A stretch of DNA of 64,000 bases. It comes from Eledone cirrhosa. Lineage: Eukaryota. A model generated the notes under the pieces. It was not told the origin of the DNA. It did no database searches and was given only the letters and a program-made list of their open reading frames with translations. A program made the translations under genes and the position numbers. Shown piece after piece: positions 38,417-51,099 of this stretch (its first letter is position 1; each line of letters begins with the position of its first letter). The stretch is from positions 62,620,001 to 62,684,000 of the forward strand of contig OZ024743.1 of assembly GCA_964016885.1 (NCBI GenBank), written 5' to 3'.

Positions 38417-39717
38417 CAGGGTGGAGCATAAAAATTGTTACAAAATAAAATGCAAATAGTTCTTGAAAAAACATTTATTTCAAGATCTGACTTCAACAAA
38501 TAGTGAGTAATATACTATTAAACAGCTGCACAAAAAATTATTCGAAATGCTTTCCTCTAGCTCTCACTACCGCTCGAAGTCTTCTAGGAAAGTCTTCGAT
38601 GGCTGCATGAACAGTTTCCATGGGTATTTTCTCCCATACTTTATTCAGTTTTGATTTTAGAGTTTCAATATTTTGGCTAGAAGTAGAGCAGGCTTCACTC
38701 TCAAGAATTGGCCATAAAGAAAAATCGAGAGGGTTGAGATCTGGTGTTGTGAGAAGCCACTCTTCCTTACTGATCCATGCAGGATAATGGTCTCTACACC
38801 ACTGTTGTGTTATGCAAGCAGTGTGGCTCGTCGCTCCATCTTGTTGGAGAGTCCAAATGTCATCGCCATAAACAGATGTGCACCATGGCATCAGTGCTCC
38901 TTCCAAAATATCTTTTATGTAAAGTTCATTGTTAATTTTAACTCCTTGAGGCACAAAAACCAGAGGAGACTTCCCTCTTTTAGAAATGACTGCCCAAACC
39001 ATCACTGATGCTGGTTTCTGTGTTCTGAACACTTTTCCTACACTTGAAGGAATTGATTTGAGACTTTTTGCAAGTACACGATCATTTTGATGATTGTGAG
39101 ACTGTTGCACAGTGAATAACTTCTCATCTGTAAAGATGTTTTGCAGCATGCCATCCTTGATACGGTTCAATAACAGTTTACTTCTGGAGAGCCTCTTTTC
39201 AATTATGGCTGCAGAAAGAAGCTGCCTCTTTTTGAACTTATAGGGTGACATCCCCAGATCATCTCGACATATCCTCCACATAGTTCTTGACGATGTTTCT
39301 GCTTCTTCTGCCATTTCTCTCATGGACCTTCTTGGATTACGCCTTATTTTTTCCCTCACACTTTTAACGAGCTTTGGTGTTCTTGAGGTGCGAGGGCGTC
39401 CGGATCGTGGTCTGTCTTTGGACGAGGAAGTTTCCTTAAATTGATCGATTGACCTTTTGATCAACATTCTATTGATCTTAAGAGTTTTCCCCAGTTTAAA
39501 TATCTCGGGTGGAGTCAGGCCTTTTTCATGCTTCTCTATTATGAACTTTCTTTTCAATTCTATGGACATTGCAAATTGTTAATGGCGTAATGTTCTGAAA
39601 AATAGTTAATATGGTTATAGTGCATGGATTTGATACAAATATATTAGTTATATTAGCAACATAATGTATTTTTAAAATTGATTTAAAACCTTGTAACAGG
39701 AATTATGCCCCACCCTG
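38417..39717 (-). mobile_element. Tc1/mariner DD37D (maT) DNA transposon, full length
   Basis: Imperfect TIRs cagggtggagcataaaaattgttacaa / ttgtaacaggaattatgccccaccctg with a TA target-site duplication. Confidence 0.95.
38538..39569 (-). CDS. DD37D transposase, 343 aa
   Basis: HTH/GRPR region, then FTDEK, QQDGA and PDLNPLD. I counted 37 residues between the second and third D. Confidence 0.93.
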   Translation of the reverse strand: MSIELKRKFIIEKHEKGLTPPEIFKLGKTLKINRMLIKRSIDQFKETSSSKDRPRSGRPRTSRTPKLVKSVREKIRRNPRRSMREMAEEAETSSRTMWRICRDDLGMSPYKFKKRQLLSAAIIEKRLSRSKLLLNRIKDGMLQNIFTDEKLFTVQQSHNHQNDRVLAKSLKSIPSSVGKVFRTQKPASVMVWAVISKRGKSPLVFVPQGVKINNELYIKDILEGALMPWCTSVYGDDIWTLQQDGATSHTACITQQWCRDHYPAWISKEEWLLTTPDLNPLDFSLWPILESEACSTSSQNIETLKSKLNKVWEKIPMETVHAAIEDFPRRLRAVVRARGKHFE

Positions 39718-40974
39718 TATATAGATAAACCCATCAAACAATTACAGAGGATAATTTCTAAAGAGTGTAAACACACATAGTTACGGAAGTAACATTAAAA
39801 ATTAACGAGACCCTTGAATATAACCTTGCAATAATGAGTTTGAACTCTTTACAAATTATCCTCTGTGATTGTTTGATGTGTTTATTTTATATATATATGT
39901 CAATCGATTTTTAATTTAATGTTAATAAATGCTCAGATGTATTCCTTAGAATCTTTGAGCTTATCCTACAGGTGGTATGGCGCATGTTTCTGATATTCTC
40001 AAACATGATATCTTTAATTTATATATATATATTTACAATGAAAGTAATAATGCGGAGATCAAGGACATTTTCGACAATATTGCCTAATAACTGATAGATT
40101 CTACCCATCCCAAGGCCCCTGTTTATTTTCCCAGGGGCATTCATGTCATGGCTGTCAACTGTAACAATTGTTATTCTTTGTATATTCAATGATGTTTATA
40201 TAAGTGTTAGCTATCAGTTGTTTTTAGTGTTTTTTTTAAGAATAATTACTGACCATTTAACTTCATTATCTATGTGTTTTTATTTTTAAATCCTTTGTGT
40301 TCTGTGTCTCAGTATGAAGCCACACTGCCATGAAGTTAAATATTTTGTCGTCACTCACCGCCGTCCCTAGAGCCATTCTGATATTACAGGGATAATTGGT
40401 ATGCTTTATAGAATAACCATTAAAGCTGTTCGTTTCATTCATTAAATAAACAATAAGATCAACGATAACAAAGAAAACCAAATAAATGGAAAATATTGTA
40501 ACATGTGGAACAAGATCCTGTTTCAGCAGCAGGCAGGACAATATCTTTGTGTCATCGCCATCACAATAATTGAACATCTACAATGAGGAATTCTCTATGA
40601 AGTCGGTTGCTATGCTAGAAATAGCACTAATTTCCTCCAGATCCCCTCAAATCGCACCTTTAAAAAGGAAGGATACGTCAGACAATCTAGTGTGTGTGTG
40701 CAGGAAATTGCATTAACTAGGGGTTGGCTAATGAGGGAGCAGATGCTTTTGTTCATTTTTTCCACGTATTTTGTTTTTTGTTGGGTTTTTTTTCGTATGA
40801 AACTTTGCTATACATATATTGCGCTAAGCAGCCGAAACTATGTAAATGTGTATATAAATTTACAAATGTTTTTAGTATATAGATATGTAAACATGCCAAA
40901 TATATGTATTTTCCTGTAAATTTTCAAGCCTATTTGCACTTAAATCACAATCTGTATATGAAGCGAAGCAAAGG

Positions 40975-43470
40975 CGAATATCCGTAGTATACTGGGATAT
41001 AAAATCCAGGTGGCACACTTCTCTAGGTGAGAGACGGTCAGGCTCGGAATACAGAGCGTACGTGAGAGGTTTATGCTCCATGTGCCGGAAATGTCTCACA
41101 CTGAGGTACGCTGCCAAAAGTTCCCGACCGAATATGCTGTACTTTGTTTCGGCCAGTTTGAGTCGCCTAGAGAAGAAAGAAACTGGCAGCCACATATCGT
41201 CTACGCATCGTTGGAGGACGCCACCGACTCCAACATCCGATGCATCGACGAACAGACCAAGCGGTGCGTCCGGTTTGGGATGAACCAACATTGTGGTCTC
41301 TGCTAAGTGATAAGCTGGTTCTTCCGTTTGCACTACCCTAGGATGTCTATTAGTGGCTGGAGAGACTCTGCACAGCGAGGAATGAACCGGCAATAAAAAT
41401 GTATGAGGCCGAGGAACTCACGTACTTTCCTCGGTGACGTAGGAGTGGGAAACTCCAGAATAACCTTAACTTTGTCGTGGAGGGGGCGGATTCTTCGTTC
41501 GTCGATGTGGTGTCCCAGAAAATCAAGGGAAGAGACACCGAAAAGGCATTTGTTGGGGTTGATGATGACACCAAACTGAGAAAAACGCTCAAAAAGCAGT
41601 TGTAGGTGCCTCTCATATTCCTCATGGGATGTGCTGGTTACCAACACATCGTCAATATACACGTAGACACAGGGTAAACAATGTACTGCTGTGTCGATGA
41701 AACGCTGGAAGGTCGATGCAGCATTGCGTAAACCAAATGGCATTCTAAGAAACTCGAAAAGGCCAAAAGGAATTGTAATGGCTGTTTTCAGAATGTCGTC
41801 AGGTTCAATAGGAATCTGGTTGTACACCCGCACAAGGTCGATTTTCGAAAAGACCCTAGCTCCATATAGGGAGCAGAGAAATCTTGTATGTGAGGCACCG
41901 GATACTTATCAGGTTTTGTGCGTGTGTAAAGAAACCGATAGTCTCCACATGGTCGACCCACAGATTTCTTGGGAACCATGTGAAGGGGGGAAGACCAACT
42001 GCTACTGGATGGACGAACAATGCCCAGTTCTAGCATATGATTGAACTCTGCTTTGGCGATCTTAGCACGGTCAGGAGGGAGTCGCCGTTGTTTAGAAGAA
42101 ACCGGAGGGTCCTTAGTCACGATATGATGCATAACACTGTGGGTCACCAGCCGACTGTTAAAAATCAGGCGCGAGATGTCAGGGTGCTTGTGCAGGATAG
42201 CGTTGTATCTGCCGGACTGCACTGGGTTAAAAAAAATGGGCTGAGGGAGGGTGCCTTAGTGCTGATACCACGAGCATTGGAGCCCGAGGTGGAATCAATC
42301 AGTCTGTTGTGTTTAACGTCCACCAGGAGACCGAAATGGTGTAAAAAATCCATTCTTAGGATCGGAGTCGGCAACTCGGCGCTGATAAAAACTCGCTGGA
42401 AGACTCGACGGAGCCCAAGATCAAGAGTTATGGACTTTTCTCCACATGTGGGTATAGCAGAATGGTTCACCGCCTTGAGGACTGTTGTGGGTTTCCGACT
42501 GCCTAGCACCAGAGGTGATGGTATTACGCTAACCTCCGCTCTGCTTCCACCAGAAAAATGAACACCAGCTGATCGGTCGCTAATGTGGAACAAGCGGCTA
42601 GGTTTGGAAGAGCCAGGTGTAGTTGTCGCCGTTACTACCTGGCCACGTCGTTTCCCGGAACATAACGGCATTAGGCACTTACAGGCCTTTTTGCCGAATT
42701 TACGGTGGCAATAGCACATGGTGGAATTGGTCGCCTGGGTACGACTCGGGTCTCGCGGGTGCTGATGGAAAGCGCGTCGAGATGAGCTGGCATTGCTGCG
42801 CGGTTGTAGCTGCAGTTTAGCCATAAGAGCGTTCAGTTGCTTGGCCTGTTCTTCCACCTGAGCCTTGAGCGCCACCACCTCCAAAACAGAAGACGAGGAA
42901 GAAGAATTAAAAAATGAGGAAGAAAGAGGGGAAGAAAAGGAGCTTACTATTGGATGTATGTGTGTCACCTGGGTTACGAGTGACAATGGTGCTGCCACCT
43001 CCATGATCCTATCGGCTGAATCCGCCAGCTCCTCGATTAGGGTGGATACTTCACTGGCCGCCAAAATACTGCGAGTGGCTGGTGGCAGCCTTTGTAAGAA
43101 CAGCTGTTTTAAGATGGCCAGCTCCATGATCTTTTCTCCCAATAGTTGCTTTAGCCATCTTAGGAACTGTGACGGTTTCTTATCGCCTAACTCCTTTGAA
43201 TGAAACAGCTGATTAATTTGTTGCTGCTGCGAGACGGATGTCCGCTTTATAAGCTCGGACCTAAATGTGGCATAAGAATATGTGCCTGGTGGTGCTGTAA
43301 GCAAATCCCGGATCTGCTGCAGGCTCTCAGGAGGAAGCGCCCCCACAACATGGGAAATTTTGGTCCTGTCTGCTGAAATATGGTGTGTTTCAAATTGGGC
43401 CTCAATGAATCTGAACCAAATGGTAGGATTATGAGGCCAGAATGTCGGTATCCGCAGGGATATTGCTGCT
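40975..43470 (-). mobile_element. Ty3/Gypsy gag-pol remnant (gag, decayed protease, RT, RNase H; no integrase)
   Basis: Motifs [54 protein letters not shown] and DASDVGVG. Confidence 0.93.
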
Positions 43471-44253
43471 TATACAGACGATGATGCTCGTCATTGTTCC
43501 ATATTGCAACAAAGCTGGGTGATTATTGTTGGTAATTATAGATGGCTTGGAAAGCTGCATGTTCTAATGTCAGGTCAGCAATTGAAGCAAAGCAAAGTTA
43601 GTAGTTATTGTTAGAGGAAATAACACAAATAAATGATTTACTTTTGATATAAAATTGACTTCACTTCAGTTAAAAAGAACAATCAATAGGTTACCATGAG
43701 TCACAAAGGTTGACGATGTTGTTTATGTGAAACAGCGAGTGGCCAGACAATGTTTGTTGGTCATTGCAGTCAGGTAGTAGCCCTCATGGTGATTGAAAAT
43801 TCTCTGTCCCTACCTCTAGAGATCATCCACGCATCAACTGGTTTACGCCAAAAGGGTGGTGACCTAGAATTTGACCTTTAAGTATCACTCAGGGCTCGAG
43901 GTGTGGACAGATTTCGCTACATATATATCATCTAAAGAACCACAAGTAAATACTTGTGATAAATAGAGTAATTTTTTTGCTAAAAAGTCTAAAAGTCTAT
44001 GAAAATTTAAAATATCCTAGAAATGGCGGGGCTGGACCATTCTGCGGTAGTAAACCCCTCATGTGAGATGCCACATGCAGCGATCATTCTCCTACAGCAA
44101 CTTGGTGCAGTCAGCGACTAACCCAGGCTCTGCTGCACTTCGGGCCGAGGAGGGTAAACTCTCCAAATATTGGTCACTCTCTGACACAGATTTGTGATCG
44201 AGCCTGTGGAGATTTCTTGTCTTTAGCCCTAGGGAAATTATAACAGGTTGTGA

Positions 44254-44380
44254 CACAAGGCCAGCAATTATCCCAGTGCATTACTGGTACTTTATTTTAT
44301 CGACCTCATAAGAATGAAAGGCAAAGTTAACCTTGGTGGGATTTGAACTCCAACCGTAAAGAGACGTAACTCTATGCTGG
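44254..44380 (-). mobile_element. tRNA-SINE, partial
   Basis: Same core as the other SINE copies. Confidence 0.85.
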
Positions 44381-45060
44381 AAATAATATATAATACGCTT
44401 GTGTATTTGTCCATCACAAGAGATAACTGAGAAAGTAAGGGGTGATGATAAACTGAGAAAGGAACGGGTGATAACGTCAACTGAGAAAAGAAGGGGTGGC
44501 AGCGTCCAATATTCGCTACATCTGTGTGTGTCTATTGTGTCTATATGTGTGTTTGTGTAAATTATATTTATATATATTTGTGTGAGTGTATATGTGTTTA
44601 TTTAGAAAGATACATAGACAATAGAATTACAAACACACACGAATCTACACATGCATATATATAAACAGACACACTTAGAAAAAATAATTATTATATACAC
44701 AAACATCTATGTGATGACTGAGGAAAGAAGTGGGAGATTGTAGAAGTCCAGCGCTCTAAGATTCATCACAGCTGTGTGTTTGTATCACTTGTGTGAATGT
44801 GTGTGAAGGAACCAACCAACAAACAAACATCTCTTTTTTTATATTATGTATACATATTACAATTACCCGTCATTTTTGTTGATTTTTGTAATGAATAATA
44901 AAGATCTTAAGTTAAAATTTATAATATCTTTAGGTCTATATAAGGTATAAAAAATTTTTTTTATTTCTGAAAATAAGGCCTAAAGTTCTAAAAACTAAAA
45001 ATGTTAAGTTCTAAAAAAAATTGCCCTAGTGATAAGGTATATAAGCCTCTTGATTACATA

Positions 45061-45432
45061 ATTGTTTCTACTTTAGGCACAAGGCCAGCAATTATCCAGT
45101 GCATTACTGGTACTTTATTTTATCGACCCCGTAAGGATGAAAGGCAAAGTCAACCTCGGCGGGATTTGAACTCAGATCATAAAGGGACGTAACTATGCTG
45201 GAAAGCATGGCGTCCGACCCTCTACCGATACTGCCATTACATAATACCTTGTGATTACTCATCCAACCCTTGCTAGCAGGTAAAGTGGATGATGATAATT
45301 ATTTCTACTATAGGCACAAGGACAGCAATTTGAAGGGGAAGGCAAAGTCGATTAAATTGACCCCAGTACTCAGTGGTGCTTTATTTTATTGACCCGGTAG
45401 GGATGAAAGTCAAAGCTAACCTTGGCAGGATG
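45061..45432 (-). mobile_element. Two tRNA-SINE copies; the first has the TSD attacataat
   Basis: Full SINE at 45063-45235 flanked by attacataat. A longer-variant fragment lies at 45298-45432. Confidence 0.88.
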
Positions 45433-46489
45433 TTGATGATACATATGTGGCAGTAATTTGAACTCTTGTGTTGATATTTATAAAGTAGGTCGGTGTGTCC
45501 ACATGCTGACCTTGTTGTACAGTTTTGAATTGTTGTCAGTTTGCCTAGTCAATTACAGTTGACAACATTCTGCTCTTGTTTCTCAACAAAGGCTGATAGC
45601 AATTCTCCCATTGGCGCGTAAAGAAACAAGCCTCACAGCTGAAATGACAAATGAACCAGAGGGTCAGCACTATGCTGTGATAATGAAGACCTGGCCACAA
45701 GCATACGGCACAATATGATTTGACCCATCCATGTGTCCCCCCTCCCTCTCTTCCAGTAGCACTCCCCAGCAACCCACTCTTCACCAACACAATCCATACC
45801 CCATCTAGAACTATTCCTTAGCTACCCCCCCTCGTCTAAAGCTCTTAGATACCCTTACTATTTCACCCTAGTAGCTACTCCCTCTACCCCTTGTGCACTT
45901 TCCATTACCACCACTTACCTATCTCTCCGTCACTACCTTCTTTAGTACCATGAAAATACACCTGGTAGGGTGGTTGGTGACAACTTGATGCCTCTGTAGA
46001 TACTCTCTAAAGGAGTTGAGAAGACCTGGTAGGGTGGTTGGTGACAGGAAGGGCACCCTGTTGTAGAAACATTGGCTAAAGGAGTTGAGAAGACCCTTCA
46101 ATTGTGCCAATGACACAATAACCTCTTTTGTGATCTACATGAGAAATGTAGTAAAGTGGATGATAGGAAGGACATCCAGCTGTAGAAAGCTTGACAAACA
46201 AAGAGTTGAGAGGACATGACAAACTCCTAGTTCTGGTGATTTACACGATTAAAGCACCCAATCTACCCTTCATTCTGAGAGAGAAGCCCTTTGTTGTCTA
46301 AACTTCTTCCAGTCTGTTCTGATCTTGGCTGTTACACTTTCAGTGCATCCTCCCCAACTGCTAATTTGATTGCTTATGTAACAAAAGTTGTTAACAACTT
46401 CTATGGAGCCTCCCTAGCAACTGAAGGAATCCACTTCATATGTGTTCTTAGTGCTTACTTCTCCTGTGTGTCTACCGCATACTAAGTTT

Positions 46490-48145
46490 ACTTTTAGGCC
46501 TTTCAATTCTAGGTTTTTCCATACTTGTAATTTTGTCTCTTAACTCTCCTACAGATTCAGCTATGAGGACTAAGTCTTCAGCATATAAGAGCTCCCCTGG
46601 AGTGCTAGTTTTAAACTCCTCAGTGATAGCCTGAAGGACAATGATAAACAGTAGTGGACTTAGGACTGAGCCCTAGTGAACCCCCACCTCTACTTCAAAT
46701 TCATCACTGTACTCATTTCCAACTCTCACTCTGCTAGTTGCTCTTTTATACATGACCTGCATGGCCCTCACAAACCTTTCATCAACACCTAGCTTCCTAA
46801 GTACCCACCAGATGACAAAGTGTAGGACCCTGTCAAAGGCCTTCTCCAGATCTACAAATGCTATATACAGTGATTTACTCTTAGCTAAATACATCTACTG
46901 TAGTTGTCTCACCACAAAGAGGACATCTGTAATACTCCTGCCTGGCATAAATCAAAACTGTATCTCATCTAACTTTATTCTGTCCCAACTCTCATGACCT
47001 GGTCCATCAACTTGATGCTATCCTAACTCTCATGATCTGGTCCGTCAACTTGATGCCTCTGTAGATACTCTCTAGTGCATCGCCTTTGCTAGCAATTTAC
47101 AATGATACTGCTGCACCAGTCATTGGGTATGACACCATCCTGTACTACTTGATTAACTATGCATCTAACTAGCACATATCCTACCATGTCAGATGCTTTT
47201 ATCATCCCAGCAACTATACTAGATGGTCAAGCTGCCTTCTCCACCTTCTTGTCTTTAATTGCTTTATCTTCCACAGTGTTGTCAACTTTTATACCTGGTC
47301 CCTCAGTTGAGTCTGCATGGGGTAGGCCCTTGCAATCCCATTTATTCTCTTCATTCAGCAGTCTCTCTCATAGTAAATCTTCCATGCTTCCTTCTTTTCA
47401 GCATCAAACAGGGCAAGTGCTCCACTATCATTTCAACCACACTTTTCCCCAATCACATTACGATTTTCTCTAACACACTGTCTTGCAATCTGAAACACTT
47501 CAAGTCTGATCTTCGCAACACAGAACATGAGAAAATTATTTTATTTTCTACCTCTGCTCTTACTAAGTATACCTGACACCTAGCCTCTCTCCTAGCTATT
47601 TCATATTTCTCCCTGTCTTCTCCTTTCCTTCATTCTCTTCAGGCTTGTCTTTTTGTTTTTATGACTATATCTACCTTATCATTCCACCACCACATCACTC
47701 TGCACCTTACTAGGACCTTGTTCCAGCCCCAAGCCTGCTTTGTAGTTTCCAGCAAGTTATCCTGAAGGAAACACCAGTTTTCCTCTATGTTAGATGTCTC
47801 CATCTCCTCTTCCTTCCTGTCAAAGGTGTCAAGTAGGATTTCTCTGTATTTGTTACCTACAGCAGGTTCTCTTAGCTTCCATATCTTCCATCTCCAGACT
47901 GACTTGTGTCTCTTAGTCCTTATTGTAAGATCCTTGTCAGTGTTGGGAGGTACATTCTTCCCCAGGAAAGGCTTTGGTATATACAACCATTTGCTTGTCC
48001 TATTTCCTAGTGAGGATGAAGTCTATTGGGCCTGTATGCCCTCTTGATTGGTAGGTAATCAGGTGGCTGGCTGGTTTCTTAAGGTTTATGTTACAGATCA
48101 TTAAGTTGAAAGCATCACAGAACGCCAGAAATTTAGTCCCATTCT
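46490..48145 (-). mobile_element. Older decayed RTE LINE of the same group as 51319-53390
   Basis: Motifs IDFIL, WWWND, AFVDLEKAFDRV, GVH and LLYAEDL. Many stops. Confidence 0.88.
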
Positions 48146-48156
48146 CTGTGTGTATG

Positions 48157-48193
<37 letters not shown>

Positions 48194-48202
48194 TTATTAT
48201 TA

Positions 48203-48365
48203 GAGTCAGACGCCATGCTTTCCAGCATAGTTACGTCCCTTTACGGTCTGAGTTCAAATCCCGTCGAGGTTAATTTTGCCTTTCATTCTTACGGGGTCGA
48301 TAAAATAAAATACCAGTAATGTACTGGGTAATTGCTGGCCTTGTGCCAAAAGTAGAAACAATTAT
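48203..48365 (+). mobile_element. tRNA-SINE
   Basis: B-box, core and tail as in the other copies. Confidence 0.88.
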
Positions 48366-48661
48366 TTAACATCCATTCTCCCAGCTAGCAAGGGTTAGAC
48401 AGGCCATCACCGACCAAGTCAGTACTTAATCTGTGCTACTGATCTTTCAGATAGACTTAATACTGCATCTCATTTACAAACATTGCCTCATCCTACCGAG
48501 TGCACTAGATGTATTTTATTGTGGTACCAGTACTGGGGAGGTTGTCTTATCTCTGTTTCAATGTATGTGTATGCATGTGTGTTTGTGTGACACATAATCT
48601 CTTATATTTATTTTATAACTTGCCTTTTTTTCTTCTTCTCTTTACAGTCGCAGTAAAAGAA

Positions 48662-49471
48662 ATGGTGGTCAGATGTTGGATATCAAAGCGCATGCGTTGT
48701 ATGATAGTATTAAGCCTATGTATTTTGACATTGATGATCTGGTCTGTGTATGCCCATTTTCGATATTCTTTGGCTGAATTCAAGCAGAAAATATCTTCAA
48801 AAGACCTCAAAGTTCTCAATGAAACTTTACAAATTTTCACAGAAGCTGCCGACAAGGCAAACTTGACATACTTTTTATATGGAGGGAGTCTTCTGGGTTC
48901 ATATCGTCACCATGGCATCATCCCTTGGGATGATGATGTTGATATTATAATGAACTCCTCACAGAAAGGACTAATAGTAGAGACTTTTAAGAAATTTTCT
49001 CCTCGATTTGGTATGTACACACATCCAAGAACTCAGTGGAAGTTCTATTATGCAAACACAAATACACTTCCTGATAAGCCATTCCGATGGCCCTATATCG
49101 ATATATTCTTCTTCAATGAGGATAAAGAATATATCTGGGATGAAATTCCTGCCTTTAAATCTTCTTTCACTGTAAAGAAAGCCAAAGTGTTTCCACTGAT
49201 ACGGCGACCATTTAATGGTCTCTCTTTGTGGGCTCCATGTGATCCAGAACAAGGTCTTTCTGGTTATGATATCGACAAATGTGCAGCAAGTTCTTATAAC
49301 CACAATATTGAACAATGGAGACCTATGTATACCTGGGCTAAAGTCCCATGTGCGCGCCTAATGGATATATTTCCTTTCGTTCAGCGAAAGAAAATCGCAA
49401 ACGGTTGGGAAGAAAGCATCTGGAATTCGTCCAAAAAACAGAGCCAAGTTATCATACCAGAGAGCTGCTGA
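48662..49471 (+). CDS. LicD/fukutin-family nucleotidyltransferase-fold protein, type II membrane, ~269 aa
   Basis: N-terminal hydrophobic anchor, then YFLYGGSLLGSYRHHGIIPWDDDVDI, WPYIDIFFF and VFPL. A polypyrimidine tract with tttacag acceptor at 48647 places the likely ATG at 48662, not 48509. Confidence 0.9.
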   Translation: MVVRCWISKRMRCMIVLSLCILTLMIWSVYAHFRYSLAEFKQKISSKDLKVLNETLQIFTEAADKANLTYFLYGGSLLGSYRHHGIIPWDDDVDIIMNSSQKGLIVETFKKFSPRFGMYTHPRTQWKFYYANTNTLPDKPFRWPYIDIFFFNEDKEYIWDEIPAFKSSFTVKKAKVFPLIRRPFNGLSLWAPCDPEQGLSGYDIDKCAASSYNHNIEQWRPMYTWAKVPCARLMDIFPFVQRKKIANGWEESIWNSSKKQSQVIIPESC

Positions 49472-49756
49472 TTAATTTTTTTTTTTTTTTTTTCTAAATT
49501 ATATCCTGCTAAATTACACAAACTCACACACAAACATACTCACTTTATGAGATGAGTGATTATTCATATGAATCTCCAACTGTCTTGTAAGAAACCTGCT
49601 ACATGTATTGAATACTCTTGACTTTCATTTGTAACTGAAAAATACATATATATATATATATATAACGAAGGAAATGTGGTAAGGAACCAGGTGGACCATA
49701 ACGCACCAAAGTACTCAATACTTAGGGTAGTAGAGTGGGTAATAGGAACAAGTAAG

Positions 49757-49850
49757 ACCCCGACAGCTGAGCTCAAGCCGTTTCGACGGCTAATTCTGTA
49801 CTGAATGAAAATTTATTCTGGTATTTAAATAGCCGAACTTATCAAGGGGT
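49757..49850 (-). ncRNA. Type I hammerhead ribozyme, U3-A8 core, long stem II loop (minus-strand copy)
   Basis: Reverse-complement copy of 50969-51062 with one GC-to-GU change in stem III. Confidence 0.78.
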
Positions 49851-50548
49851 AATTCCATATATGGTCAAAGAGATAATCACCAGGATTGGTCACATCACAA
49901 GTTAGTAGTAAATCTGTGATGGCAAGTTGGTGGGGGAAGGGGTAGCTAAACCTGCCGGTAGGAGAAAAAGGGAGAGGGGGTGGAGTAGACCCATTCATGC
50001 GTTGGTAGTGCCGGCTACAGCTGGGTGTGAGGTCAAAGAGGATACTGGGGAGGAGGTCGAAACGGTAAGTAGAACAATGAAAGGTAAAACTATAAAAGGT
50101 ACTGAGAGAGAAAAAAAATAAGCAAAATCTGGTTACTAAGACATAAGTCTCTCGCTATTGCTAGGCTAAAGAAATACATAAATAAATAAATAAATAAACA
50201 AATACGTGAATAAAAGAATAGATAAATAAATTTAAAAACAATGTATATATATATATATAATGTAGAATAAAAAAATAAATAATAATAATAGAAATAAACT
50301 AGGTGGGACGGAAATAAAGGGACCCTTATACGAGGTATAAGTGCGTGTATCGTACGGTAACGGGTCAACAAAGGGGGGGGGGGGAAGAATACTAAAGAGA
50401 CTACCACGAAAATAATAAAGGTTTCTACCCCAATCACAGGGCCGGCAACCACCCAGTGTAAGAAAGTAAACTAGTACGAGAATATAATAATTATTTCCGT
50501 CCCACCTAGTTTATTTCTATTATTATTATTTATTTTTTTATTCTACAT

Positions 50549-50580
<32 letters not shown>

Positions 50581-50968
50581 TTTATTTATCTATTCTTTTA
50601 TTCACGTATTTGTTTGTTTATTTATTTATGTATTTCTTTAGCCTAGCAATAGCGAGAGACTTATGTCTTAGTAACCAGATTTTGCTTTTTTTTTTTCTCT
50701 CTCAGTACCTTTTATAGTTTTACCTTTCATTGTTCTACTTACCGTTTCGACCTCCTCCCCCTCCCCCTCCCCAGTATCCTCTTTGACCTCACACCCAGCT
50801 GTAGCTGGCACTATCTACGCATGAATGGGTCTACTCCACCCCCTCTCCCTTTTTCTCCTACCGGCAGGTTTAGCTACCCCTTCCCCCACCAACTTGCCAT
50901 CACAGATTTACTACTAACTTGTGATGTGACCAATCCTGGTGATTATCTCTTTGACCATATATGGAATT

Positions 50969-51062
50969 ACCCCTTGATAAGTTCGGCTATTTAAATACCA
51001 GAATAAATTTTCATTCAGTACAGAATTAGCCGTCGAAACGGCTTGAGCTCAGCCGTCGGGGT
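50969..51062 (+). ncRNA. Type I hammerhead ribozyme, U3-A8 core, long stem II loop
   Basis: acccc-UUGAUAA-gttcggcta...tagccgtc-GAAA-cggct(tgagctc)agccg-UC-ggggt. Stem I is 5 bp, stem III is 6 bp with a palindromic loop, and the triplet is GUC. Confidence 0.8.
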
Positions 51063-51099
51063 CTTACTTGTTCCTATATATATATATATATATATATAA

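Larger units (their letters stand above)
37562..39725 (-). mobile_element. Non-autonomous Helitron interrupted by a maT transposon
   Basis: One terminus is actag...cccggcgttgcacaggg. The other is (caga)n..ttttata[insertion]tatagat. Confidence 0.75.
49664..51074. mobile_element. Non-coding hammerhead-bearing element forming a ~580-bp-arm inverted repeat, in (TA)n
   Basis: Arm 49742-50317 is the reverse complement of 50491-51074, with a ~170-bp spacer. TA tracts flank both sides. Confidence 0.92.

Noticed and set aside
39926-39960. gctcagatg..gagc as a hammerhead
   Set aside because: The core is degenerate and GAAA is absent.
44021-44250. GC-richer segment as an HDV-like ribozyme or LINE 5' UTR
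   Set aside because: I could not build the double pseudoknot; it needs a motif search.
43500-44520. Gypsy LTR or primer-binding site (ttcgctaca at ~43912 and ~44512)
   Set aside because: There is no paired LTR, and the similarity is limited to ~9 bp.
48509-48661. N-terminal 51 aa of the 320-aa ORF
   Set aside because: It reads through a TG repeat and a polypyrimidine acceptor, so it is mostly intronic.
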